From the NCBI RefSeq assembly GCF_044704955.1, contig NC_091987.1, forward strand, positions 186,992,001-187,056,000: a DNA stretch of 64,000 nucleotides, read 5' to 3'. Positions 26,176 through 39,329 of the stretch are shown here, in pieces. How positions within the stretch are numbered: position 1 is the stretch's first letter; every line of letters begins with the position of its first letter. This DNA comes from Pristiophorus japonicus (Eukaryota). Below the pieces are notes generated by a model. It was given only the letters and a program-made list of their open reading frames with translations. It made no database searches and had not been told where the DNA came from. Made by a program: the position numbers and the translations under genes.

Positions 26176-27584
26176 GGCCCAGAAATTGCAGTCGGAGGCT
26201 TCCCGCGGGCAGATGCCTCCGACCGCAATAATTTCGACGAAACTATCTGGTGGTCTCGGAGGTTCGGTGACTTGCAGTCCTTGGGCTCTATGCGAATGCC
26301 TGCGTATGGGCCCACATATTCCAGGATCGTACAGATTTCGTACGGATATCTGGGTTCATGTGGGCTGGCCCAATCTATCAGAGTAGGGGGATCCTCATTC
26401 ATACCTAGTAATTCAGTATGTACTGAGCTGCCATAAGTATGTGTGCAAAGAGCCAAATGCCTGTTTCAGGTATCGCCCTACAAACACTCAAAATAATTTT
26501 TACAAACACATTACATATTTAAAATTCATTAAATGCAATTGAGTTAAATATTTTATACAATAATTGATTTTAAACTTTTTTTTATTGGGGCAAAATTTCT
26601 GGCCTCACCAGGTCTGCACAATGGACCCGGCGAGGCCTCGGAAACGCCGGTTTTTGGAGCGCCATACGCAGGCGCCAAAAACCAGCTTTTCTGTTCTGTC
26701 AAGATTTATCGTGATAGATCCTCCGCGTCCCCGGGAGACAGGTGAGATTGAGCTATTTGTCCATCTCTTGCCCAGCGAATGTCTTTCAAACTCTTACGCC
26801 TGGTTAAAGCAGGCATATTGCCTACTTTTACCAGCATAAGAGTTTTGAAACATATAAAAATTAAATTTAGAAACATTTTTATGTTAAAAACCCTGTCCAT
26901 TAAGATAAGTTTATTTTAGACCATATTAAAACACATTTAGAAAAAATATATATTCTTTGAAATTTTTTAAAAACATTTTAAATATGTGAGGTGTTTTATT
27001 TATTTATTTATTATTTTTTGTTTTTTATTTTAGGGGTTTATTCTCATTGATAATAATGGGAACACGTAAAACCGGAGTGCCCATTATTATCAATGAGAAT
27101 ACTGCAGAGTGATTGGTGGTCCAGGCCCATGTGACTCCAACTTTTTCGTACGTACGGGGAAGTTTTTTCCCTGTATGCTACGCATCGAATGAAGGCCTCC
27201 GACCGCAATCGAAGGCGCCTCCGGGACTACCAGGTACTTTGGCAAAAGATTTTCGGGTCGGAGGTGTTCATCCGGAATTTTAGCCTCAATATGTTTTAAC
27301 AGGGCTAAAAATAAATTTATCTTAACGGACAGGGTTTTTAACATAGATGAGTGCGAACATTTTATTTTAATATTTTTAAAAACTCTTATGCTGGCAAACG
27401 GCGGCCTTACGCCTGCTTTTACCAGCATAAGAATTTGAAGGACATTCACTGGGCAGGAGCCCACGGAGGCCCTTTTCCTTCACAAGCGTGCAATCTGTCA
27501 ATCATGCCTAAACCCGGGATTTGCGTGGACCCCACGTGCTCGTGCGCACTTCATACATATCTGTGGGAGCATGATTTCAGGCCC
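26176..27584. mobile_element. Harbinger-type non-autonomous element with internal inverted repeats
   Basis: Termini GGCCCAGAAATT / GATTTCAGGCCC; ATT on both flanks; internal inverted arms ~26765-26935 and ~27290-27455. Confidence 0.65.
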
Positions 27585-27949
27585 ATTAAAGTATGCTAAA
27601 ATAATGGGAATTCTTAAGTTGCTAAGTAAGCTGCACATTCACAGAGATGAATCCTCACTTGTGCACAGCCGTTACCAGTGATCTGCTGAGAAGTACAACA
27701 TTATATAAAACAAGAGATGCTTGAGGAAGCCTTACTTTTTTTTTTATATGAAAATTCATAGTCTTAACAAGTAGCCTGGCGCCATAATTATCTTTGACGC
27801 CCAAGATAATTTATTTATTTTTTCCTTAAATATTGGAAGGTCAGACATGATTATTTGAATAAGTTCCAAATGCTTCATTGGTTAAGTCTTATCAGAAATT
27901 GATCGAAATGCTTCCCAGGTAATCAATTTTTCTTAAGTAGGGAAGTTAT

Positions 27950-28440
27950 GCTAGAGGCACTATATCGGAGAAGATTTACAAGGATGATACTAGAAATGCG
28001 AGGGTACACGTATCAGGAAGGGATGAACAGGCTGGGTCTTTTTTCTCTTCAAAAAAGAAGACTGAGGGGTCCCCTAATAAAGGTCTTTAAGATTATGAAA
28101 GGTTTTGATAGAGTGGATAGAGAGCGAATGTTTTCATTTGTGGGGAAGAGTGTAACTAGAGGCGATCAATATAAGATAGTCACCAGAAATGCAATGGGGA
28201 GTTAAGAAGAAAATTCTTTACCCAAAAAGCTATCACAGGGAGTGGTTGAAGCGAATAGTTTAGATACATTTAAAGGGAGACTAGCCAAGCATATGAGGGA
28301 GAAGGGAACAGAGGGTTATGCTGATAGATTTAGATGAGGAAAGACAGGTGGCGGCTCGAGTGGAGCATAAACACTGGCATGGACTGGTTGGGTCGAATGG
28401 CCTGTTTCTGTGCTGTATATCCTCTATAATCCAATGTAAC
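27950..28440 (+). mobile_element. CR1 3' fragment (third family)
   Basis: RRFTRMILEMRGYTYQE...LFSLQKRRLRG (ORF 27948-28205). Confidence 0.85.
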
Positions 28441-30838
28441 AGGATATTTTGATTGGACATTACATCATTCTACATTGTTAATACCATGGGCCTAGAATCA
28501 TAGTTATTTTTGATGCCCAGGATAATTTATTTACTTTTTCCTTAAAGATTGGAAGGTCAGAGATGATTATTTGAGGAAGTCCTAAATGCTTCATTTGATT
28601 AAGTCTTATCACAAATTGATCGAAATGAATGATATGTTTCCTAGGTAATCAATTTTTCTTTGTCTAATTTACTGCAGCTTGAAATCAATTAATAGCAACT
28701 ACAAAGATATGATATAGTGACCCTGAATGACTCTGAGTGTATGTTACTTTTTGGTATGGCACTGAGGCAGCAAGTTTCCAGTTTTGATCTATGACCTGTA
28801 ATGACTTGGTTAGTCTGAGCCAGGCCAGTGGCAGTGCCTAGGCATGAGAGAAGGAAAGAATGCCTTGGGTTCCTGCTTCTGGAATTGTACATCTGTTCGA
28901 TTTTCAGTGAGGATAGGCTTGAACTTGGTTACGATGGTCTGCACAGCAGAATAGACACTCACTTCCAAGCTCGTACATAAAACATGGCAACTTGGAAAAT
29001 ATACAGGAGGTTTGGTTTTGTCTGCAGAGACTTACTCTAGCATAAGTTTTCAACTTTAGGATGTCGAAAGGTGGTTTGGGGTGGGACACAGCTTGATGTC
29101 AAGGAAGGATAATCAGATGTTGTACCTGAACAGTATTTAGAAGCACTCGGTGAGGTTAAAGATTTCACTGGAAATTGATGAGGTAAAGTTTGTCGAAAAC
29201 CCACATTTCCATAAAAGACACACATATGCAGAATCTTGCTCGTTCAGCCTTATAATTGAGAAAATCTGACAACAACTTCTGGATTACACACATGTACTGT
29301 TAAATGCTGAAATCCAGAAGTTGTGTCAGAAATACCTTGCTCCTCCACAGGGTGCATTGTAACCATCCTTGCCCATAGACTCTGCACTGAAATCGCTGTA
29401 AAGATGTGAACTTGGGGTCCTTACTCACTAGTTCCCCACTGAAGATGCCAGGAAAAAGTTAAGGCTGGTGCATTCAGAAGTAAGTGAATTTTTAACATTG
29501 TGACAGTTACTGCCAAAATCCTCTCTGGCCCTGAAACCTCAATTTTAGAACTGTGCAGTATCACTCCTTCAGAAGTTAATTAATATTGGAGATGGAAAAA
29601 CAAATCTGTCTATCTCTCTTATCTCTCTTTCTTAACCCCATCTGTCTTTCCCAATCTTTATTTTCTGCACATGATTTAAATCTAATTTATACTTCCTGCT
29701 TTATACTTCCTGGTTTAGACTCTGCGTGTTTCAGTGAGAATTCTTCAATCTGAGTGGCTCACAGAACCCCTGTAGAGGGTGTCGCGCTGGACCAAGCACA
29801 GGATTAGAGGAAATCTGCACTGAGAAGTCCACAAACTCTGGGCAGCTGTCAGCGATGTGAACAGCAAATGCCGTTCCTTCGCCGCTGACCGCAAAATCCA
29901 GAAATACATTTACGACAATTATTGCTTATTCCAAGATGCTCCAATGTGAGGGCGAATAATGGGGGAGAGAGAGGGCACTATTGTTGTCTCCCCATTAAAT
30001 CTAAAGTGAAGGATTTATAGGTTTTAGTTAATGCTATAGGCGGACGGACCATTACCATCTGAAGTGCAGATTAACCTGCCCAAATCTAAACTGTTGAATT
30101 TTGATACAACTTGATTGAAAGCATTTTCAGGAATTCAGAAAATAGCTGATTTTTTTTCTTCTGGGAACTATCCAAAAAGGGAATAATAATGCGGTTATTG
30201 TTCAAGCTTTTCTGAGTGAGATTGTCAATTCTTATTCTGGCACCATGCCCACAAGGCAAACTCATTTTATTTGGGAAGACTTTCATCCCTGTGGTCGAGA
30301 CTAAATTCAAGCCGAGATCAAAGAGGTGAACTGCCATCATTTAACACGTTGGTTTACCCAATCTCAGCAGTATGCTTCTTAAAACTCTAGGGATTCAAAA
30401 ATCCTTTTTAATTGCAATAACCCAGCTGAGACTGAGTGTAGCGCCTTTAACGGAGTAGAACGTCCCAAGGTGCTTCAAGGGAAGAAGGAAGTGACAAGCC
30501 CATGCTTATTCAGACTTTCTCCTTTTCCAGTGCCTTATAGAACACTAACACTTTTGAAGGATATACAAGTTTAGTTGAGGCTTATTCTTCATTCATGTTA
30601 AGAACAACAAAGAACACAGTATATAATAAAGGAAAATGTCATTTGAAGCCAAGGGTGTGGCTGAAGATCACAGTAAATTTAGATGAATGAATGGTTACAC
30701 CACAGCAGATACTATAGTTTTAAAAATAAAGCATTTTGAGATATTTTGGTGTGTAAAGTGCTATGTTATAATAATGCAAGTATTACTGTGTTCCCTTATT
30801 TTGCAATAACTCAACATACATACAGCTATTGTTTTTAT

Positions 30839-32373
30839 GGCCCCAAGTTTCCACATGATTTGTTCCTGATTTTTAGGAGCAACTGGTGCAGAACGGAGTA
30901 TCTTAGAAATCGGAATTCTCGTCATTTAGTTTGCTCTAGTTCTAGTCAGTTAGAACAGTTTCACTTTGGAACAGAATTTTTTTTTCAAAAGGGGGCGTGT
31001 CCGGCCACTTACGCCTGATTTCAAAGTTTCGTCAGTGAAAACTTACTCCAAACTAAGAATGGAGTAAGTGAAGAGTTTTGTACGTTCGAAAAAACCTTGT
31101 CGACACTTTAGAAAATCAGGCGTAGGTTACAAATCAGGCGTAGGTTACAAATCAAGCGTAGGGAATGGTGGGGGGAGGTGTTTAAAGGGAAGTTTACAAA
31201 CATTAAACACTTCAGTTTTACAAATAAAGAGCCATCATCAATAATAAATGATAAATACATCAATAAATCAACCAATAAATCAATCAAAAAAGATTAATAA
31301 GAAATAATTTTTTTTTGAAATCAATAAATAAAACATTTTCTACTTACTGACTGCAGCACCGGGAGCCCTCCAACAGCATGCTGGGATGCCCCCCTCAGTG
31401 TGTCTCTGTCAGTGTCTCTATCTCTCTGTCTGTCTGTGTGTCTCTCATTCTCTGTCTGTCAGTGTCTGTGTTTCTGACAGCGAGGGGAGGGGGAGGAGGC
31501 GGGTAGAGGGAGAGAGGGGGGGAGAAGAGGGAGGGATGGGGGAGAAGGGGGATGGATGGGGGAGAAGGGGGGAGGGGGGAGAAGTGGATAAAGGGGAGAA
31601 GGGGGAGAAAGGAGATGGGGGGGGAAGGAGATTGGGGGGGGTGGGGGGGAAGGAGAAGGGGGAGGGAGGCTGAACGGGCCGGGCCCGAGACTTTGGGCAG
31701 GGCCCTTCCCCAGCACTAGATTTACAGGTAGGTGGCGTTGGGTCGGGTCGGGGGACTGGTGGGTGGGAGGTCGGTTCGGTTCGGGTCGGGGGGAGGGAGG
31801 GAGAGGGAGAGGGAGGTCAGGTCGAATTCAGTCCGGGGGGGAGCGGGTGTCGGGTCCGGAGGTGGGGGGGAGGGGGAGAGCGGGTGTCGGGTCTGGTCTG
31901 GGGGCGGCGGGGGGGGAGCGGGTGTCGGGTCCGGTCCGGATGCGGGGGGGGATGGGGGGGTGTCGGTTCCGGTCCAGGGGCGGGGGGGGGAGCATGTGTC
32001 GGGTCCGGTCCGGAGGCGGGAAGCGGGAGTCGAGTCGGGCCGGGAGGAAGCAGGAGCTGGCCGTGGGAGGAGCCTTATTCACGCAGCCCCAGTGAGGCCA
32101 TTCGGCCAGGGCTAGGGGCTGTGTGCTTCGGGCGCCTGGAGCTATTGCACTTGCGCGCCCACTGTAGCACGCATGTGCAGAGGTCCTGGCACTGTTTTCA
32201 GCGCAGGGACCTGGCTCCGCCCCCTACAGCTCGTGCTGCGCTGCGCCGAGGGCCAGAGGACCTGCAGGGAGGTGGAGAATCTGGAGGGTTTTTTTAGGCG
32301 CACTTTGTGGCACGAAAAACGGGCGTCCAGATCGGGACTGCGCCATTCTAGGCGTGGCTTGAAACTTGGGCCC
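30839..32373 (+). mobile_element. Harbinger-type MITE, GGGCCCAAGTTTC family (copy A)
   Basis: TIRs GGCCCCAAGTTTC / GAAACTTGGGCCC; 3-bp TSD TAT; G-rich core. Confidence 0.9.
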
Positions 32374-33181
32374 TATATGACTAATTCAGTTGTCTGATTT
32401 GACACCTTAGTCATTTTTAATTTTTGGAGATTATCACTGTGTTAAAGGAGTATTTCTGCATGTAACACTGTATCACAAGTGTCTTAAATTTGCGCATTAT
32501 TCCAGGAAAATGACACAAATTAATAGTTTCTACTAAATTAGATCTTCTCTGATGCCTTCATGTAAATTGGAGCACCCTGTGTTCTGCTGAACCTCAATTT
32601 TGAGCTGAACCTCAATTTTGATTTGGCCTTCACTTTTTATCATATTTGACATATATAGCACATCTTAATTGCACATAATTCAATGAATGCTGTTCCATAT
32701 AGATCAGTGCAAATGACACAGTGATGCATTGGAATATAAATAAACTAACACAGGACCATAGGGAATCCAACTGAGATACAGTAACATAGAAACATTTTTT
32801 TTAGGCTTACTGTCCTATAGTTCACTGGATCATCCCTGTGCTTACATTAGCTGCTTTCCAATCCTTGGGCATTACTTCTGTTTCTAACCAATCCCTAAAG
32901 GGATCACTCGCCGTCTCTTAAGTACCTGGCATGTCAAATCTATTTGCACATATTGCATTGTTTTCCTTCAATTTCATCAACCTATCATTGACTAGCCAAT
33001 TTAAAATTTCTTCTCGCACTTAATCCATTCCTATCCAGAAATTCAACTTCTGTGCTTGTGAGCTTCTGACAGCACAAATAACTAATGAATGTGATGTATT
33101 TTCTATTTCTTGGCCACTTGATTATCATGTTATATTTTAGATCCTTTAAATGCCCCACAGTTATTTTTTGATATATCTCGA

Positions 33182-33673
33182 TCAGGCCAACATCCCCAGC
33201 ATCGAAACACTGACCACACTCTACCAGATCCGTTGGGCGGGCCACATTGTCCACATACCCGACATGAGACTCCCAAAGCAAGCGCTCTACTTGGAACTCC
33301 TACATGGCAAACGAGCCCCTGGTGGGCAGAGGAAACATTTCAAGGACACCCTCAAAGCCTCCTTGATAAAATGCAACATCCCTATCAGCACCTGGGAATC
33401 CCTGGCCCAAGATCACCCTAAGTGGAGGAAGAGCACCGGGGGGGCATTGAGCACCTCAGCTCTCGTCGCCTAGAGCATGAAGAAACCGAATGCTGACAGC
33501 AAAAGGAGCGTGCGGCAAACAATGCTCCACACAAACCCTTTCCTTCAATGACTGTCTGTCCCACCTGTGACAGAGACTGTAATTCCTGTATTGGACTGTA
33601 CTGTCACCTGAGAACTCACTTTTAGAATGGAAGCAAGTATTCCTTGATTTCGAGGGACTGTCTATGATGATGA
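33182..33673 (+). mobile_element. RTE-clade LINE 3' fragment
   Basis: ANIPSIETLTTLYQIRWAGHIVHIPDMRLPKQALYLELLHGKRAPGGQRKHFKDTLK; (ATG)n tail. Confidence 0.85.
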
Positions 33674-33967
33674 TTGATTCTGGAGCCTTAATTGAATTGG
33701 GAATGCAAAAGTGAGCAGCAGTTTAGCAGGTGGCACCATCTTGAGATTTTTCTTTGCAGAGTTGGTGTAAGATGCTGGATTAAATTGCAAGACTTCCATG
33801 ATACTCTTTCCTGTGTTATCGGTTACATGATTTCAGTCTGGTTTCTCTTCCTTTTTCAGAAGTTTTACCAGTAATTAGGTTATGTCCCTTACCTTGGCAT
33901 CTAGGGGACAATACACGACTTGAGACTCTGGGTCATGGTTGCAAGATAGACTGTTTATCACCCTAAT

Positions 33968-34190
33968 TTATAGAATCCCTGAAAATATCACTCTTTTGTT
34001 GGCGTGGCTAATGTCACACTTTTTGTCAAGGAAAACCCCTTGTTGCACAATGCCTTGGTGTTGCACTTTATTGACTCTGTCCTCATTCTCATCATAGGTG
34101 TTGGGAACTGTATACTTATTGAGCAAGTGCTGACCCACAGGGGTCTGTATTGGTTTTTCTCCATCTCCTTCTCCCCTGTGAACAGCCACC
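33968..34190 (-). mobile_element. Possible ancient Penelope GIY-YIG endonuclease relic
   Basis: TPVGQHLLNKYTVPNTYDEN resembles the Penelope SAIGQHLL.N....NY motif. Confidence 0.35.
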
Positions 34191-34207
34191 TACTACCCTT
34201 CCTCTGT

Positions 34208-34334
34208 GTCATCCATCCTTTCCCTCACGACTATCTGTCCCACCTGTGACGGGACTGTGGTTCTCGTATTGGACTGTTCAGCCACCTGAGGACTAATTTT
34301 TAGAGTGGAAGCAAGTCTTCCTCGATTCCGAGGG
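34208..34334 (+). mobile_element. RTE LINE 3' tip
   Basis: Homologous to 33535-33673; GATGATGAT tail. Confidence 0.8.
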
Positions 34335-34557
34335 ACTGCCTATGATGATGATGATTTGTGTCACCTACTTCTATCTAATCATCAACACCTGAAAGTGTCT
34401 TCCACAATCCTCACCACGTATGTTGTGGAGTGTAGCCAGCTGATTCTGAATCTCAGCATTCTTATATTCAAGCAACAGAACTCACTGACCATTTATTTTC
34501 CCCTATCATGCGTACCACATCTGCCACTCGTCTACCTTCTGATCTTGCCATGACTAT

Positions 34558-36632
34558 GGGCCCAAGTTTCGGGCCACGCCTAGAACGGCGCAGCCCCGAC
34601 CTGGACGCCTGTTTTTCGCGCCACAAAGTGCGCCTAATAAAAACTTCCAGATTCTCCGGCTCCCTGCAGGTCGTTTGCAGCTCGGCGCGGCGCAGCACGA
34701 GCTGTGGGGGGCGGAGCCAGGTCCCTGTGCTGAAAACAGTGCCGGGACCTCTGCACATGCGCGCTACAGTGGGCGTGCATGTGCAGTCGCTCCAGGCGCC
34801 CAAAACTGTGTGGGAGGGGCCCAAAGCACGCAGCCCCTAGCCCTGGCCGAATGGCCTCACTGGGGCTGCGTGCATAAGGCTGCCTCTCACGCCCAGCTCC
34901 TGCTTCCTCCAGACCGCTCCCACCCACCCCCGCGCCCACCGGACCGCCCTTTCCCCCGACCCGACCTCCGTTTCCCCCGCTCCCGACCTTCCCCCCCCTC
35001 CCCGACCGATCTCCGCCGTCCCCCCCCGACCGATCTCCCCCTCCCCCGAGTGATCTCTCCCCCGCCCCACCCCCCCCCCACCGACCGACCGACCCCCCCT
35101 CCCCTCCACCCTAACCCGCGCTCCCCCCGATCCGCGCTCCCGAACCCCCCGGACCCCGGACCCGACACCACCTACCTGTCAATCTGGTAAGTCTAAGCTC
35201 GAAGTCTTGGGCCCGGCTGGGCCCGGCCTGTTCAGCCTCCCTCTCCTTTCTTTCTCTCTCTCTCCCTTCTCTCTCTCTCTCTCTCTCTCTTCTCCCCTTC
35301 TCTCCCCCTTCCCCTCACTCCTTTCTCTTACCCCCCTCCCCTCCCCTCCCTCCCTCCCTCCCTCCCTTCTCTCACCCCCCCTCCCCTCCCTCCCTCCCTC
35401 CCTCCCTTCTCTCACCCCCCTTCTCCCTCCATTCTCTCCCCCCTCCCTTCTCTCCCTTCCCCTCCCTCCCTTCCCCTCCCTCCCTTCTCTCCCTTCCCCT
35501 CCCTCCCTTCTCTCCCCCTCCTCTCCTCCCTCCTCCTACCTCTCCTCCCCCCTCCCCTCCCTTCTTTCTCACCCCTCTCCCCCCCCTCCCTTCTCAGCCC
35601 CCCCTCTCTTCTCACCCCCCCTCCCTTCTCACCCCCCCTCCCTTCTCACCCCCCCCTCCCTTCTCACCCCCCCCCTCCCTTCTCACCCCCCCTCCCTTCT
35701 CACCCCCCCCTCCCTTCTCACCCCCCCCTCCCTTCTCACCCCCCCCCTCCCTTCTCACCCCCCCCTCCCTTCTCACCCCCCCCTCCCTTCTCACCCCCCC
35801 CTCCCTTCTCACCCCCCCCTCCCTTCTCACCCCCCCCTCCCTTCTCACCCCCCCTCCCTTCTCACCCCCCTCTCCCCTCCCTCCCTTGTCACCCCCCTCC
35901 CCCCACCCCCTCTCCCCCACTACACCCCCTCTCCCCCACTCCACCACCCCTCCCCTCCATCCCCCCTCCCCTCCATCCCCCCTCCCCTCCACCACTCGCT
36001 GTCAGAAACACAGACACTGACAGACAGAGAGTGAGAGAGACACACACAGGCAGACAGAGAGATAGAGACACTAACAGAGACACATGGGGGTAGAGGGGGT
36101 GCGTCCCAGCATGCTGTTGGAGGACTCCCGGTGCTGCAGTCAGTAAGTAGAAAATGTTTTATTTATTGATTTTTTAAAAATTTATTTTTTATTAATTTTT
36201 TTGATTGATTTATTGGTTGATTTATTGATGAATTTATCATTTATTATTGATGTTGACTGTTTTTGTAAAACTGAAGTGTTTAATGTTTGTAAACTTCCCT
36301 TTAAACCCCCCTCCCCCCCATTTCCTATGCCTGATTTGTAACCTATGCCTGATTTTCTAAAGTGTAGACAAGGTTTTTTCGAGCGTACAAAAATCTTCAC
36401 TTGCTCCATTCTAAGTTAGTTTGGAGTAAGTTTTCACTGCAGAAACTTTGAAAACAGGCGTAAGTGGTTGGACATGCCCCCTTTTGAAAATAAAATCTGT
36501 TCCAAAGTGAAACTGTTCTAACTGACTAGAACTGGAGCAAACTAAATGCCGAGAATTTGAATTTCTAAGATACTCCGTTCTACACCAGTTGCTCCAAAAA
36601 AGCAGGAGCAACTGAGGCCGAAACTTGGGCCC
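34558..36632 (-). mobile_element. Harbinger-type MITE, GGGCCCAAGTTTC family (copy B, inverted relative to copy A)
   Basis: Perfect TIRs GGGCCCAAGTTTC / GAAACTTGGGCCC; reverse-complement homology to 30839-32373. Confidence 0.9.
35240..35990. repeat. Polypyrimidine minisatellite, unit ~CTCCCTTCTCACCCCCC (18-20 bp)
   Basis: Directly visible tandem units, most regular at 35600-35870. Confidence 0.95.
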
Positions 36633-37349
36633 CCTGCTCCTAACTTCAGTGTTTGTCGAAACTTAACCAACTGGAACTAATTCTCATCTACCTCAGGGTC
36701 CTGCTGATTTAGGCCCACACTTTCTCAGCCTGCTTAAAGAAAGCATGAATTTAGAAAACATTAAAAGAAAACTCCTTTGGAGTAACAGTTATGCCTGATG
36801 TCTGCATATATCTGATTCTAAATAGCCCCTCTTTGTTATGGCTTTTGCCTCGAACAAAATTTGCAATTTACAAATTGCTTGCTGGCATTGTTGGCAGATT
36901 GATTCTTCATTTTGTATTATTTAAAAGGAAGTAACCTCAAGGGTAACTGACCTGCATATTCCCAAAAAAGTGTTTTCTCCTCAGTAGATACCTTCTTCCA
37001 ATATTTTACATTTTTAACCATTTTTCTAGCAGTCTCGTCAAAAAGTGTAATGCAGTAAATCATACATGCTCTGTATTTATTCCTAGGTTTGTTTTCTCCC
37101 TAAAATTGATTGCATGGAATGTAAAATGGTACTTGTCACTTAAAAGTAATTGAGAAATTTCAATAGGATGATGGAACATGTGCTCATTTTCACCACAGCA
37201 TGGTGGGATGCTGCTAAATCCTTGGCAAGTGTTTGGAGTTGAAGAGATGGGAAGGAATACTTGTGGGATGTAGACTTGTATATAAAGGAACTATCCCAGT
37301 GGAATTTCACAAAAAATCCACACCTATTTTAGTGCTTATTTCAATCAAA

Positions 37350-37990
37350 GATGATCCTGTTCACATGTCTTTCCTGTTTATACTTTCTGAACGTTGCTCC
37401 ATTGGAATTTGTGTCTTATCTCCCTGGTCCCTATCCTCCCTGGTACAATTGGTCGAAGGCCTTGCCTTGTACCCTTTCAATCATGAGGCCCCAAGCTAGA
37501 GCTCTCTCACTTCAGCCAGTCATTCTCTCCTTTTGATCTAGCAAACTGCTCCATTCTGAAATGGACACCTTAGCCTCCCTAAATTGCTTCCATTCTAAGT
37601 CTTTCTATACTAATCAACTTTTAATGAACTCTGTAAGCAGTTCTGTTAAGCTAACTCCAATTCCTACCCTAGCATTATATCTTGAATGTTAGTAATAATA
37701 TGGAGCTTAGTTGGTTAAATTAAAGATACATTAACAGAGTTCGAGTCTTAACTTGAAAACAACAGATAACCACTTGGAAACAAGAAGATTGTATAGGGTT
37801 GTCATAGTACAAAATGCTACACAATCTGCAGGAAACCAAAAACATTAGCTCATTCTCAGCATCTATCTAGTTATTCTAATACTAGTCTGAGGAGACTTTT
37901 TGTCTCCAGTTCTAACACAATTATGTAAATTTTGTGCCACAGTTTTGTTTGCATAAACATATACATTTTGGACACCCCTGATTTCTAACA
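37350..37990 (-). mobile_element. Truncated solo LTR (copy 4)
   Basis: Shares AAGCAGTTCTGTTAAGCTAACT with copy 2 and ends ATTTCTAACA. Confidence 0.75.
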
Positions 37991-38049
37991 AATCCCATTT
38001 CTGAAATCCAAATTATTCAAGTTAGATTTGATGGCATACTTAATTGACC

Positions 38050-38715
38050 GGTTCTTACATTTGTCACTGAACCATATTTCAAGGATGAAGGTTAGGTGGC
38101 ACTAAGACTTCAATGGAAAAGAAAATCAGGCGGAATGTAAAACAGGTTGCCGATTCGCGACCACCAAATACATTTATATCCTTGTGTTCATTGTGGATTG
38201 CAGTTGGGCCATTTTGATTCTGCAACAAACACAGAATCATCTGCATATTAGTAATAGTGAACACATGAACGCGACAGGATTCTCCCAAACTTTGAACAAA
38301 AAACCCTTGTGTCCTTCTGTTTGAGTTGAGTTGGAGCTTCTGTGCCTTCAGCGTAACTGCTATCGTATTTAATGCATGATCAGATAGCTGGATTGTTTAC
38401 TTTGAAATTCCTTCAATCAGAAAGTTAGCAGTGACAGACAAACAAGATTCTGGCAGCTGCAGATAATTAGCAAGACCATTCAGAATTTGTCTTAAAAAGG
38501 ATAGATAAAGACAGGAAATGGAGCAGTTTGAGGAACAGTTTCTTGTGCAGAATTGTAAACATCTGGAGTTGCTGTTGGAAATGTCTCCAGTACAAGAGCA
38601 TCTCTGCAGATGGTATTGTCTATTTGATGACCATTCACAACATTTAGAAACAGAATGTAGTTGAGGCAGATTTGAAATATTTCCAAAAGACACAAAAACA
38701 ATTTTGTAGCACAAA
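38050..38715 (-). mobile_element. Ancient non-LTR retrotransposon RT relic
   Basis: Minus strand near 38225-38255 reads YY*YADDSVFVA, the RT catalytic motif. Confidence 0.45.
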
Positions 38716-39329
38716 ATCTATATATTTTTTTTAAAAAGCATTGATTGAGAAAAAGCCAGTAAACCTTTCAAGTGTATTCTTTCCACAATTTCCTCTACAT
38801 GCTATTTATGATCTCCAAATAAAAGGGCTTTCAAGGGTACTCTCTTCCCTAAAGGTAAAAGAAATGACATTGCACAGTGTAGAATTTACCAATATCTCGC
38901 AAAGATTCCAGGTACCTTTCCCCTGCAGAGGAGAAGAATCCCTTTCTGGGCTTTTAAAATGAGTTTAAAGGGGCAGGCAAAGTCTGCGGGGATAAAAGGG
39001 GATGCATTCATGCAGACCCCCCCTCCCCCAGTGTTTGGACTCATAAGAAAGGGAATTCAAAATGGACCTAAATTGCAGAAGCTTGAGATCCCCTAAACAT
39101 CTATGGGAAGGAGCATATCAATTTTAAGATTCTACAACATTTTGGCTGCGAAAAAGAGTTACCAAATACAGGAGGTGGAGCCAACGTCTGAAGCAAATTC
39201 GTGTATTAAGGATCCCAGACTGTCTGGGGGAACTATTCACCCCCTAAGAGATAATCGAATTACCCAATCAAGCACAATGGAAATCATGGTCAGAAAAACT
39301 GGACAATCCTAAAACAATGCAAAACCAGT

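Noticed and set aside
31386-32397. Many overlapping Gly-rich ORFs
   Set aside because: G-rich core of MITE copy A; no domain motifs
35207-36034. 275-aa Pro/Ser/Leu-rich ORF and overlapping Gly/Arg/Glu ORFs
   Set aside because: Translation of a C/T minisatellite inside a MITE; stop codons are absent because of base composition
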